Source of the DNA: Octopus sinensis
Taxonomy: Eukaryota
DNA length: 64,000 bases
Direction of reading: 5' to 3'
NCBI RefSeq assembly: GCF_006345805.1
Contig: NC_043000.1
Span: 100,998,001 to 101,062,000, forward strand
Shown here: positions 39,066 to 53,794 of the stretch, piece by piece
How the letters are laid out: every line of letters starts with the position of its first letter
How positions within the stretch are numbered: the stretch's first letter is position 1
Notes under the pieces: generated by a model
Told to the model about the DNA's origin: nothing
Seen by the model: only the letters and a program-made list of their open reading frames with translations
The model's database searches: none
Translations under genes and position numbers: made by a program

Positions 39066-40107
39066 CTGTCTACGTGCATGCAGACATGGCTATCTGTTTA
39101 AGGATTGTTTACATTGAAATCTCATGATTTTGGGTTCAACCTCATTGCATGGCTCCTCAGTTGACTTGTGAATAGATTTGATAGACAAAACCTGTGAATA
39201 GATTTGGTAGACAAAAGTTTGGCATGCATGCATACATACATGATGGCCGTCCACTCGTGACCGAGGAAAACCATTAATGACCCTGAGGAACATTGTGCAC
39301 TGAAACTGTAATCTTAAGGGCAAACACCAACTGGAACATTAAATGCTAATCCTTGGCCCTTAAGTTAGACTCTGACATGAAATCCTAACCCAAATCTTAT
39401 TTCTAAAACCTAAACCCTAATCTAACCTAATCCCAAATACTAACCCCAACCCTCATTATTTTGCAGAATAACAATCTCCTATGTTTAAAACATAAGTTTC
39501 TCAAAAAAAATGTTTGAAATGTAAATGTTACTACCAGCTATGTACTTTAAAAATAAGTAAGGTAAAAAGAAAAACATAAAAAATTGTAATTCTGTCAAAC
39601 AGACATTTAAAATATAGAAATTCAAAGAAATTTTCAAAAAGAAAAAGACATAAAATAAAGAATTCAAATGGCATGTTTATCCGAAACTTTGCTAAACAAC
39701 ATTAGAGAAACAGATTGTACAAACTTGTACCATTGCATCAACGTGGATCATGTGATTTCCTGCAGAGAATACTTGAGGATATTTCTTTCTATATGAGTTT
39801 CTCACACTCCACATGCTTCCAGGCTGTCCAGAAACTTGTTGATATGACTTGGTTTCTTTTGGAATACAAACTCAAGCATAGTTTGAAAGCCATGCAAAAG
39901 TTGATGCTCCACATTTTCGCTCTGTTCAATGTAAATATATATATGTATGAGTTTGTGTGCTGTTAACTCACACACACACACAGGTTTAGTGGTACAAGTG
40001 GGAGAAATAGGACCCAATATGCAAAAGTACTGCATGTATATTTATTTTTTATTCAACTGTAGTGCTACATAAATGACTTACATCTAACATCTCTCTTATA
40101 CATATAT

Positions 40108-40150
<43 letters not shown>

Positions 40151-40570
40151 CAGATATAGATATAGTTATAGGTATATACATATCTGGATTATTCTTTCTT
40201 GATTTCACATTTTTCTGCACCTCATCACCTTTCACCTGCTGATTTCTGTTATCTAACCTAGAACTTCCTTATAAACAATGTTTTGTGGTTTTCCTAAATA
40301 AAAAAGTATAGTTATATTTTAGAATGGTCGTTTTTGGGTGGGGTTTTTGCTAAATGACTACATGCACTATATACTTGTTCTTCACTTCAGCTTTGTTATT
40401 ATCAACCATATTTTAGTGTCCTTAATATGAAATCTTTTATCTCATCTTCTGTGACCTCTTTGGGGACTCTCCATCCTGTGTGTCTCCTCCTGTCCTGTTT
40501 AATCCATTCTATCTTTCTGTGTTGTGTATCCTTCAATGCATGCATTTGTGTCTGTATCTCTGTGTGTATT

Positions 40571-40601
<31 letters not shown>

Positions 40602-42644
40602 TGTGTGTGTGTGTGTGCGTGTGTGTGTGAGCATGCATACCTATGTGTTTAATACATGTGTTTTGTGTGCATGTAAATGGGTTTGCTTACTACACTGTTC
40701 ATACCTATGTCTTTTATTGTTTTTTTATATTCCTTTATTTACTCCTTTATTTCATTATTTTTTTGTTTTCTTATCCTGCCTGTATGTGTGTCTTATGTGT
40801 CTGTATATGGATTTATGTATTATACTGTTAGCATCTGTGTCATTTTTTTCCTTCTCTCATTTTGTCTTTAGTCTTCATGTTGCGTAGTTTGGTAGAGGAA
40901 TGTTATTGTTCTACTCATGTTTTCTGCTAAGGCTCGGCCTTATGTATGTGGTCTCTGTAATCTAATTTTGTGTCTGCTCTATGTGATGATAATATCTGAA
41001 GATATCAATACATAGAACAAACATGACACTTAATTTTGGTAATTTTTTTGCTGTTGATGCCACCAAAATGAACAATCATGTCGTTAAAAGTCTTGAATAA
41101 TTTTATCAGAACAATTATTCTTGTTCAAGCCATGAAGTCATATTATGCTTGACACGAAGCCAAATAAATTTTACAACCCTGGTATATAGAATATTTTAAT
41201 CACTGAAACCAGTTCCCTGCTAAAAATAAAATATCTAGAAAATTAGTCGTGGAGTTTATATTTGAAGAAAAAAGTAACACATAATGTGAGAAAGTTAACG
41301 CAAAGAAAATCCATCCTAGCAACCTATTAGACATAAAAGCTTAAGTACTGACTGTGGAAAGGAATCTGTCAACAGTCAGTTGATAAAAATGATAAAAAAA
41401 CAGACATAAAGTCCTTCATGTAACTCACACCTGTTATAAAAATCTATATGAAATTAGATCAGTATTTAAATCATTTTATCTAGAATGCCATTAAAGACTG
41501 GGGAGAGAGAATAAAATGAATGGAAATCTATTGTTCCAAACAAAACACGTGGAACAAAAATATGACGTTTTGATTTAAAATGTTAAAACTGGAGCATTGC
41601 TATTTGTTTCTAATAGCATATGTATCTAAATGTATGTAATTCATTCAAAACTATACACACACACTCTCCATATGTATGTGTCTGTATGAAAACTTAACAG
41701 AGAGAAATTTAGAAAATGTGGGGCATGAAGGGGCTTGAAGTAGTGGATACCTTGGGGCCTGTAACAGCTAAAATATAGAAATATGAACTGAACTTCAAAT
41801 AGAACTTCTTAAGGAGATGGTGCAATTAGGAATGGCTCGGTTCATGGAATGTAAGGGAAGAAATAAATGTCAAGGACCTTTAGTTATCATCATCATCATC
41901 ATAAATTAATATCCTTGTTCCATGCTGACATAAGTTGAATGGTTCAACAAGCCAGAGGACTGCATTGGACACCAATATCTGCTTTGGCATGGTTTTCACA
42001 GCTGAATAATATCCTCCCTGATGCCACTCACTTTATTGAGAATACTGAATGCTTTCATTTTTCAAGACATCAACACTAATGAGGTTAATAAGCAAACTGA
42101 AACGCAATTCCCCTCAGCTGGGTAGAGATGCAGCATTAAGGTAGATAGCTTTTATATCAGGTGCTGAAAGGCTAAATTATGATGGAAGTGGCTTTATGTT
42201 AGGTGATGAGAAATTAATGTATGAAAGGAGGCAGAACAAAGCAGTTTGTTGCTATAGGGGTGGGAGAAAAACATATACTATATCTATTTCAACTTCCATT
42301 TGGAGTTGGAGAAGAATTTTGTTGTGGTCATTAAGAGTAATGTAGGGGAACTGATGCAAGCTGAAGCTGTCTATGCAGTTTTTTCTTTTTACCTTCTTTG
42401 TTCAAGCCTGGAGCAACATGAAATAAATTGCTTTGATTAAGGACATGACATGTGACCCAGTCCAGGAAAATATGTATCTGTGTGTATCTATGTATGTGTG
42501 CATGTTTATGTGTATGTATGTATATATGTATACATGCATGTTTCATTATCATATTATGCCAGCTTTCTATGCTGGTATGGGTTGTGTGTTTAATCATGGG
42601 CTAATTAAGTTTGTAGTTAGTAATTATTGCTCTCCAAGTAAGGT

Positions 42645-43106
42645 GCCAACCCTCACTTTACTAACAGCATCCCTGTACAGGGCTTGTACAGCTCTTACCA
42701 ACCACTCGTCTATCCCCAGTTTCCACATTGACCACTAGATAAGGGATTGAGGGACCCTGTCAAAGGCTTTCTCTAAGTACAGAGGTTTATCTTTGGCTAG
42801 ATATTTCTCCTGCAGTTGCCTTACCAGAAATATAGCATCCATGGTGCTTCTGCCTGGCACAAAACCAAACTACATCTCACCTAGGCTAACTTTCTCCCTA
42901 ATTAGTTGGGCTATGACCCTCTCTGTAACTTTCATCTCCTGATCCAATAATTTGATACCCCTATAGTTGTTTCTATCAAAAACATTACCTTTACTCTTAT
43001 AGCAGTTGACTATGGTACTGCTATACCAGTCATTGGGTATGGCTCCTTCATGAACTACCTGATTTATGATGTGGGGGACAAGACCATAACCCACACCACC
43101 CGACAT
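42645..43106 (-). mobile_element. RTE-like LINE RT fragment
   Basis: IPNDW..STIV..YK.KG....NNYRGIKLL, FGFVPGRST.DAIF.VRQLQEK, EKAFDRVP. Confidence 0.88.
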
Positions 43107-44314
43107 TCACATATATGTTCATATGTACAAATTTACGTCATCCATTTATTGTGTGTATAACACAAAGTATTCAGTGAGAAAAAAATTTGTACCATCTGTT
43201 CATTGCATAACATATTTGATTTACATAAACTTAAAAATAAATCGATGGTATTCGATGGTATAATTTTGCTAATTGCTTAATTATATTTTGGTTTAATATA
43301 ATTGATACAGAATTAAAGGTATGGATTTTTGGGAATGAGGTGTCTGAAGAACATGTGAAAAATATTTGACTTGATGATTTCAATTGATTTTTTTTTTCCT
43401 TTTCGAAATGTGTAATGATCTTATTGTATATCATCATCACTCACACCACCACCACTATCATCCCCTTAATCTCCACTTTTCCATGTTTGCATGGGTCAAA
43501 TGAAACTTGATGGGGCAGAGATTTCCATGGCCAGATGCTTTACCTATTGCCAACACATGCATGTTTCCATTAAGTGCATGAATATCAATACAATGTTGAC
43601 AAAAAGACACATTCATTCATATACACACACACACCTGCACTGGCCATTGAAAATCTGTCTCAACTAACTCTTCCTAACTCATGTAAGCAAAAGAAACTGG
43701 ATGTAGTCAGAGTTAAAGATGTATGAATGTTTCTTTCTGTTTTTTTGTATGTATATCGGACATCATCTGTAGTGCTTGTATAGCATATCACCTGTGAGGC
43801 ACCAATGCACGATGGTTCGGAATGATCACAGGGAATAACAAAGAGTCTCATGAATTCCATTTTCTTTTTCTAGTATTTTTTATAAACTACAAACATGAAG
43901 GAATTCCTCAAGTAAATCTAGTGGTATATACCACCATACTATTGTTGACATCAGATAACCAAATACTGTGAAGGGGCCTTAAATGACATACTACAATATG
44001 TATACCCAAATGAAAAATTATTACACATCTATACATACATACCTGCATACATACATACATACATATATAATCTTAAAATAAAAACTCCACAAATATTGCA
44101 CTAACAGCTTGATAAATGGCAGAATAAATTATTATTTCAACTAGGGAAGCTGTAATATCAAAATCTGAGGTTTTCCATTTTAAGATTATCTTTACTCTCT
44201 TGCCTGATCAAGTCCTTTTCTATTTTACCACATAACTGCATGCATGCATACATGTATGTATGTATGTATGTATGTATGTATGTATGTATGTATGTATGTA
44301 TGTATGTATGTATA

Positions 44315-44713
44315 GGCGCAGGAGTGGCTGTGTGGTAAGTAGCTTGCTTACCAACCACATGGTTCCGGGTTCATTTCCACTGCGTGGCACCATGGGCAAG
44401 TGTTTTCTACTATAGCCTCGGGCCGACCAAAGCCTTGTGAGTGGATTTGGTAGACGGAAACTGAAAGAAGCCTGTCGTATATATCTATATATATATGTAT
44501 GTGTATATATGCTTGAGTGTCTGTGTTTGTCCCCCCACCATTGCTTGACAACCGATGGTGGTGTGTTTATGTCCCCGTAACTTAGCGGTTCAGCAAAAGA
44601 GACTAATAGAATATATACTAGGCTTACAAAGAATAAGTCCTGGGGTCGATTTACTCGACTAAAGGCGGTGCTCCAGCATGGCCGCAGTCAAATGACTGAA
44701 ACAAGTAACAGAG
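44315..44713 (+). mobile_element. SINE family A
   Basis: Full-length match to the family. Confidence 0.9.
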
Positions 44714-45311
44714 TATGTATGCTTGTATACATGTATGCATGCATGTATGTATGTGTGTATGTTTGTATGTATGCACGTATGTATGTATGTTTGTATGTAT
44801 GCACGTATGTATGAATGTATGTATGTATATGTGCGCAGACACACACACACAAATGTGACTGACTCCCACATTGTTTCCACAGTTAAAAGGTATTAATCAA
44901 AGCAATGTTATGTCATAACAAAAGGTGATTGGTCAAGGAATTGCTTAATGGTATGAAAACTCAGAACTCAACAATGCAAACCTCTTAACCACAGATCCAT
45001 AGTTGCTCACATGCACCCATAACTTTGCACCAATAGGTTGCACACATGCAGACAAAATACATTTAGGAAATTCCTTTGTTTACCTTGCATCTGCTTTGAT
45101 TTTTGTGTGCATTTTGCTTTCATTATTGATTACAACATAACATGTTTACTTCATGCTGTAAAGTATATCTATTCTAAAAGCATAGTTCAAATTAATGAGT
45201 AATATTGGAAAGATAGGTAAACCACAATTATTATAGCAATGAAAATAATTATCACTGCACAGCCAAACAGTTTCATGCAACACATTGACAGGTGTATGTG
45301 CATGTGTATGT

Positions 45312-45350
<39 letters not shown>

Positions 45351-48300
45351 GTGTGTGTGTGTGTGTGTGTGTGTGCTTGGGCATGTGTATTTTGTAATGT
45401 GAATGTATATACCTGATGTTGCATGGTGTACAATATACAATATTTCCTGCTGCCAAAATATATTTAATGGACCCACATTATAGTTTGAAATGATTTCTCC
45501 CTTCGTCATGTCAGCTAGATCCAACAATAACAATTCTTGAATATATCCTCATTCATCATCATCATCTTCATTTAATTTCCCCTCTCTTCGTTCCTATCTC
45601 TCTTTTTCTTTCTCTCCTTCTTTATTTCCTTCTCACCTCTTTTCTTTTTCTCTATCTCTTACCCTTTCTCTCTCAGCCCTTAGCTTTGTTTTTCAGTCTC
45701 TCTTTCTGTCTATCATTCAATAAATCCATCACTCTCTCTTTCTCTCTCTCTCTCCCACCGCACCCCATGTTCAATATGACATAGAACCAATATACCAAAG
45801 TCTGCGACTGACTCCAGAGGTGGTATGCCAATATCTATGTGTGACTCAAGAATCAATCTTCTAAAATACAAAAATACATAAAGACTGACACCGACCAGTT
45901 AAAATATATCAGACATTCACCTCACCAGTGCTGGTATCACACAAAAACAACCCAGTCTACTATGTAAAGTGACTGATGTTAGGAAGAGCATCCAGCGGTA
46001 AAAGCCATACCAAAAACAGACAGTGTAGTTTGGTGCAGTCCTCTTGCTGATCAGCTCTTGCCAAAATCGTCCAACCCATGGTAGCATGGAAGGTGGATGT
46101 TAAATGATTATGATGGTGATAACGACAATGATGATAATACATAGTGTCAGGCTCACAATCATGAGGTAGTGAGTTGTGATCTTGAGCAAGATACTTTATT
46201 TCACATTGCTCCAGTTCCCTCAGCTGTAGAGATGAGTTGCGATGTCACTGGTGCCAAGCTGTATGAGCCTTTGCCTTTCTCTTGGATATCATTGGTGGCA
46301 TGGAGGGGAGAGACTGGTATGCATGAGTGACTGCTAGTCTTCCATAAACAACCCTGCCCAGACTTATGGTTTGGAGGGGAACTTTCTAGGTGCAATCCTA
46401 TGATTATTCATGACCAAATGGTGTCTATTCTTTATATATATATATATATATATATGAGGAATGACCACTAGGTGGACTCCTAATATGCTAGAGGTAGACC
46501 TCATATGGTCTGACCACTAAGGGAAACTATTCTCAAGAAAATTCGGGGAATGCCAAAATGTAAGGCAAGCAAGACAAATGATTATGTCTGATTATGTAAA
46601 CAGAATTCTGATTGGTCGAAAGTGTCTTCTTGTCTCAAGCTCTGATTTTCTGCCTATTCTTGTTGGAACCTTTGATATGGAGTATCGAAATTTTTATCCC
46701 TTTCACACTTAAAAATTTGTCATTACTGTTTTAGCCAGGAGACCAGATTGATAGTTTGGTAACCCATTAGAATAAGCATTAGAAATCAAAAGGAGAAAAT
46801 AAACAGCTTTGCAAGTTTAACTCAGTGTTTATTGAATAAGGGAGGTGCACATTTTAAGAAGTGACTTGTTAGAATATACATGTCTGTGAGAAAACATAAG
46901 CAAGAATACCAAAAATCTACTATACCAAAAGAACTTGTAATACATACATTACAAGTGTACTATGAAGAGAACATAGGATTACTACATAATTCAACATGAA
47001 TGTAAAACGATATGAAACATCATATAAGGTAAATGAAGGTTTCTGTAGGAATGCTAAGTCATATTCCCTTAGTGAGTTTACATGCACAAGGATGAATTAT
47101 GGTGTTGTCATTGTTGATGTTAGATGCAGTAAGAGCTCATAGCAGTGATGAATTTTTTGTGTCGTACCATGGCGAAAGCAAGCAAATAGTTTCCTGGTGC
47201 AAATGCAAGCTAAACTCTCTAGGCAGAGAAAAACTGATCTATTTAAGGAAATTGCTGGGCTCCATTATGATAGGAAGAAACTCCAAGCAATGTAAAATAT
47301 GGCCCAGACCATGATTACCAGCATGAATGTCAAACTTCAAAAAGAAGTTAACCATTTAATGGTTTTAGTAAATTTATACAGAGAAAGTAAAAGTCAACTT
47401 CATTATATTTTTTCGGTAAAAACCTATTCTGACATCAAATGAGTCAACTTCCTGTACATCATTTTTTAACAAAAAAAATTTCTTAAAAGATTCTGGAAAC
47501 AATCTACTCATGTAATTTACACACTCCCTAAAATTAATTTTTGTTTTTGTGAAAAAAAGTGCGTAAATTACATGGGTTGTTATGGTAATCATTTATAAAA
47601 ATAAAGGAAATAAGGTTGAGGTGATATTATTGTTAGTACATCCATCAGTGATGACCAGGAACATCAAACGGGAGAAGACGGGGCATGGTGTGTTTGGCTG
47701 AGGCTGATTACCCTGATGAGTGCTTAGATGATATTGAAATATGATATGGTAAGACTTCATATGAAGTTAAACTTTTACTGACTCAGAGACAAATAGGTAA
47801 AAATAGGTAAGATGAATGTATTACAAATAGTACCAAAGTATTTTTAGGGCAGATTAGTTCATTAAACTCATGATGAGAAAAATAATCTGTGATTTAATTC
47901 TATTTACAAGAGTCTGTAATCTTTTGATGAGAAAATATTTCAAATTTAAGCTAAGAAGTATAAAAGGAATTCAGTATGTATAGTATAATCTAAGGTGGAG
48001 CGGGGTACTCAGATACAGAAAGAAATAAGAACCAATAAAAAAGTACAATAAAAAAGAGCAATAACTTAAATCAATAAATTGATAGGAGAGAATTAAAATG
48101 CTAGAAAATAGTTAAAATACTAAGATAGCTAAATGCATCGTCTTGAAGAATTATTTAGAATACCCAAAATACCAACTAATTTAAAACCTTTAAAAGCAAG
48201 TGAAAAGCTTGGGATATTAATGTAAACCTAATATTGATTTCAAATTTTGGCACAAGGTCAGCAATTTCAGAACTGGGGTAAGTCCTCAACTAGTACTTAA

Positions 48301-48499
48301 TTTATCAACCTTGGAAGAGTGAAAGGTAAAGTTGACCATGGTGAAATTTGAACTCAGAATGTGAAGATGAATGAAATGCTACTAAGCATTTTGCCTTCTG
48401 TGCTAGCAATTCTACCAGCTCACCACCTTATATGTAAACCTAATGTTAATTAAGAGAATAAAAAATGGATAAAAAAATAGCTGTAATATTCTTTTCTAC

Positions 48500-48810
48500 T
48501 CTCCAATCTGATTTGACAAGATTTCTACAGCTGGATGCCTTTCCTAACACCAGCTGCTCTAAGAGTGTAGTGGGTGCTTTTTACATGCCACTGGCATGGG
48601 AACCAGTTGGGTGGCACTGGCATCGACCACGCTCGAATGGTGCTTTATACATGCCTCTAGCATGGGTGCCTGTCAGACAGCACTGGCATTGGTCACATTC
48701 GAATGGTGCTTTTTATGTGCCAGCGGCATGGGTGCCACGCTTGGATGGTGTTTTTATGTGCCACTGACATGGGTGCCAGTTAGGTGGCACTAGCATTGGC
48801 TAGGAGTGTA
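48500..48810 (-). mobile_element. Decayed RTE-LINE 3' UTR fragment
   Basis: tttctacagctggatgcc...gtgtagtgggtgctttt plus repeated gtgccactg modules. Confidence 0.7.
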
Positions 48811-49793
48811 GTGCTAGGAGTTTTATTCATATGGCTATAAGGCATATTTGGTACACCAAGATTTTCTCTGCTCAAGCCTAAAACTTCAAAGGCATCCTTT
48901 TCAACATTAAATAATTGTCCAGTGCAATCATCAGTTATGTCATTATTACACCTATCGAAGACAGCAAGCTGGCAGAATCATTAGCAAGTGGGGTGAAATG
49001 CTTAGCTGCAATTTGTCTGTCTTTATGTTCTGAGTTCATATTCTGCCAAGGTCAATTTTGCCTTTCATCCTTTTGGGCTCAATAAAACACATACCAGTTG
49101 AACACTGGGGGTCTCTGTAATCAACTTACAACTTCCCTGGCAATTAAAGTTGTTATAATCTCTAACTTTACTATCAAAGCTACTTTTATTATCATTACCA
49201 TTATTATCTAGATACACATTGCTAATAATAATATTGCTATTCTTTCAACCACTGTTTCTTTTATGGTTAGTTATTAGCAGGATTAATAAATTCATACTCT
49301 CAAACTCCTTTAAATTCCTTGTGTTATGTGCTTGTGGTTAAAAAAGTTCCTTGTGGTTGAAAAAGCAAATTTAACCATGTGCTGATTAAACACCATATTT
49401 TCTTGTTCAGACCAGCAAAAAATTTTCTATTATACCATGTAATCTGCCTCGGGTGCATTCTCCATTTTCTTGAATAATTATTATTAGTGTTATTATTATC
49501 GTTTCCAATTTTATTGCAGTGTATATACTTATTACTGAATATGCTGGGTGGAATGTATTCAATTGGATTTTTCTTTCTATTGCAATATTTACTATTTGTT
49601 GTTTTATAATGCCCACTATTATTTGCACGATTAGTTCAATTATTATCAACTTGAATACCTTTACCATTTATTATTACTATGAGATCAATGAAATAAGTGC
49701 CAGTTGAGCTTGGGGTTGATGTAATCAACTAACTTCCTCCCGCAAAGTTTCAGGCCTTGTGCCTATAGTAGAAAGGATTACTACTATTATTAT

Positions 49794-49846
<53 letters not shown>

Positions 49847-49863
49847 TTATTATTATTATTATT

Positions 49864-50899
49864 GAGTGAGAGAGCAGTGCATGCCATCAAAGTGACACTG
49901 GGGTAAAATATACGAAGCCCAGTATACCCATCATGACCACCCGTCTGATAAGGGTACACCAGGCACATGCATCACAACCATATGTGCACGACATGGTGAT
50001 CTCATATGAAGATAAACAGCACATGACCTTGAATAAAGGTCCTTGAATAAGGGTTATTTAAGGATGTTAAATGAAACACCCATGTTTCCAGAGGTGAATT
50101 ATTTAAACCCCAAATAATCCCTCTCAACATATGGCTATGATGCTCCCCCACTACTTCTGCTCATGATCAGAGATGCACATATTGTCAGCCACTAAGGGAC
50201 ATGCTCAACTGGTTAAAGTCAAACAACTGACAAGCAAATCTGTGGTATTGAGCAGAATATTTACTGTAGCCCATCTTTTATACCAAGACAAAATAATGTA
50301 AATGATAACACTTCCAATCAGTTAAGATCAGAAGCCACGAGAGCCACTGCCTGGTACTGCATTAAGGCAATTATTATTATTATTATTATTATTGAGTGAG
50401 AGAGCAGTTCATGCCATCAAAGTGACACTGGGGTAAAATATACGAAGCCCAGTATACCCATCATGACCACCCGTCTGATAAGGGTACACCAGGCACATGC
50501 ATCACAACCATGTGTGCGCGACATGGTGATCTCATATGAAGATAAACAGCACATGACCTTGAATAAAGGTCCTTGAATAAGGGTTATTTAAGGATGTTAA
50601 ATGAAACACCCATGTTTCCAGAGGTGAATTATTTAAACCCCAAATAATCCCTCTCAACATATGGCTATGATGCTCCCCCACTACTTCTGCTCATGATCAG
50701 AGATGCACATATTGTCAGCCACTAAGGGACATGCTCAACTGGTTAAAGTCAAACAACTGACAAGCAAATCTGTGGTATTGAGCAGAATATTTACTGTAGC
50801 CCATCTTTTATACCAAGACAAAATAATGTACATTATAACACTTCCAATCAGTTAAGATCAGAAGCCATGAGAGCCACTGCCTGGTACTGCATCAGGGCA
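49864..50899. mobile_element. Tandem pair (530-bp period) of the (ATT)n-embedded element
   Basis: Two near-identical copies separated by (att)n. Confidence 0.9.
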
Positions 50900-50900
50900 C

Positions 50901-50943
<43 letters not shown>

Positions 50944-51184
50944 CATTTTCATTATTATTATTATCATTTTCATTATTATTATTATTATTATTTTCATTAT
51001 TGTCTTCTTCGAGTGCATATCTTCATGAGAAAAGTACTGAATACATTGGTAGGCCATTAAAATAAACACAACAGATTGTTCATTTACAAAGCCATGTGAT
51101 AGAAAATAAAAAAGAGGAAGAAAGACAAAGTGAAAAAGGAAACAATAAAAAATTAAGCAAAGAAAATTCACAGTAACCATGCAC

Positions 51185-51340
51185 TTCTCAGTGCGTGTGA
51201 CATACCAATCTTTGGTACTTTCTGTTTCCAGTTTCTTTTTTGATCTTTCCAAGTGCTCCTACAATCACTGGTTTTGTAACCGTCTTGAAATGTCATATCT
51301 TTTCGATTTCAATCACTAAATTTTTATATTTTCTGAGCTT
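51185..51340 (-). mobile_element. R4/Dong-like REL C-terminal remnant abutting (ATT)n
   Basis: Minus strand translates KLRKYKNLVIEIEKI*HFKTVTKPVIVGALGKIKK. Confidence 0.65.
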
Positions 51341-51358
51341 TATTATTATTATTATTAC

Positions 51359-51392
<34 letters not shown>

Positions 51393-51479
51393 GTTATTGT
51401 TATTATTATTATTATTGTTATAATTATTATTATTATTATTATTATTATTGTTATTGTTATTATTATTATTATTGTTATA

Positions 51480-51524
<45 letters not shown>

Positions 51525-51576
51525 GTTATTATTATTATTATTGTTATTATTATCATCATTGTTATCATCATTATTA

Positions 51577-51820
51577 TTGGGTTGGTGCATAATTATTGCA
51601 GCTTTTTTTCAACAAAAACAATAACAAAATGTAACAAAAACATCTTTAAATTATTATTCCGGAGCATAATCACCATCTACTTCAATTACTGCTTCCCATT
51701 TGCTTGGCAGATGGTCAGACTGTTATTTAAAGATGCTTTCGTGTTTTTGTTAAATATTGTTATTGTTTTTGTTGAATAAAATTTGTTGAAAAAAGCTGCA
51801 ATAATTATGCACCAACCCAA
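51577..51820 (-). mobile_element. Mariner-derived MITE with TA TSD
   Basis: TIRs ttgggttggtgcataattattgcagcttttt. The internal minus-strand DHLPSKWEAVIEVDGDYAPE* is a mariner transposase C-terminus. Confidence 0.88.
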
Positions 51821-51874
<54 letters not shown>

Positions 51875-52203
51875 CATCATCATCATCATCATCATTATTA
51901 TTATTATCATTTTCTGATTGAATTGCATTTTATTTCATCTTCTCACTGGCTCTCAGTCAGAGACCTAAGGCATGTATATATTAAATGGAGAGAAACATCC
52001 AGAGAAATTATTATTAGTATAAGTATCAGTATTACACTGAGGTCAACTTTACCTTTCATCCTTTTGGGATTGATAAAATAAGTACCAGTTACGCACTGGG
52101 GTTGATGTAATTGATTCAATCTCTTTCCCCAAAATTTGAGGCTTTGTGCTTCCAGTAGAAAGGATTATTATTATTATTATTATTATTATAAGTAGTTGTA
52201 GTT

Positions 52204-52308
<105 letters not shown>

Positions 52309-52579
52309 CTTGTAGTAGTAGTTTGGTGCATCATCATTTAATGCGTAATATTTTGTGTATGTTACCAGAAGCCATGTATTCACTGAAATATGTAAATGAA
52401 AATATACACACTTACAATGTAGAACCTAATATATGGAATTCATTAGACAAAGAATGGTACAATCGTAAATCAAACTCCATGACACATATTAAAACACAAG
52501 GATTAGACTTACAAGTGTGCATTTGCGTATAAATGCCTGCACATATGTGTGTCTGCATGCACATGTTTGTGCGTGTGTA

Positions 52580-52624
<45 letters not shown>

Positions 52625-52689
52625 TATACTAATACATATATAAATATATTTACACACACAGACACATGCACACACACACACACATATAT

Positions 52690-52726
<37 letters not shown>

Positions 52727-53203
52727 TTGCACTCATACACATATATACACATATTGATACACACATACATGAAAACTTGGATACTTAGATAAACAATTTT
52801 TTTTTCTTTAAATTATAATTTAATTTTATCATATATAACAATTATATGTTGTTTTACATCAGCATCAATTGATTTGCGATAATGCACACCATTTAAAATG
52901 CACAAAATTGTCGATAACTTATCCAGCACCATATAAACTAATGTTGCTCGTATAAAAGAGTAATATAAACAAAATATAATGATAATAACAATATCATAGT
53001 TTATAACATAATGCTATGTTCAGGTACTTCAAGTTTTGAGAAATTTAATTACTAGGATTGAAATTCCATTAACTTCTAAGCAAGAAAGAGTTTTAAATTA
53101 CTGTTTATTGCATTTATTATCTATCTATCTATCTATCTATATCTATCTATCTATTTATCTATCTATTTATCTATCTATATCTATCTATCTATTTATCTAT
53201 CTA

Positions 53204-53252
<49 letters not shown>

Positions 53253-53255
53253 GTG

Positions 53256-53302
<47 letters not shown>

Positions 53303-53794
53303 GTGTCTCTCTATCAGTCTATCTATCTATTTATTTATCACTCACCATTATCATCATCACTATCATTATCATCATCATTATCATCATTATTATTCTGTTT
53401 GCCAATGCACCACCAAGTGCTGCTCTATATTTAGTAGATGTGTGCAAGCAAAGCATTTTGGGGGATGTGCAATATGCATTTCTCTATTACATCAGTTTTC
53501 CCTTGTTCTGGGATTTATTTGTTTTGTTGTTTCTGGTGTTATATTAGTGTTTTGTATGTGTGTGTGTGTGTGTGTGTGTGTTAGAGTATATGTTGTGAGT
53601 GTAGTGTAAATTAAGTTGTTTTTTTTTGTGTGTTGTTAATGTTTCTTATTTTCTGCATAACTGCTGTTCTATATTTGAGTGTCAAATAGTAATGGTGGAG
53701 AGTATGTAAATGCATTGTGTTTGCTTATTTTGTTGGGTGAGGTTAATGTTTCAAATGTTCTGTGCGGCAGGTGTTCAAGCGCTAGGTTGCAATT

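Noticed and set aside
39380-39455. Telomeric (CCCTAA)n-like tract
   Set aside because: Short and highly degenerate; more likely internal to a decayed transposon than a true interstitial telomere.
43335-43375. CTGAAGA-ACATGT-GAAA-AATATT-TG hammerhead-like string
   Set aside because: Position 17 is G (non-cleavable), stem II is only 2 bp and stem I is poor; probably chance.
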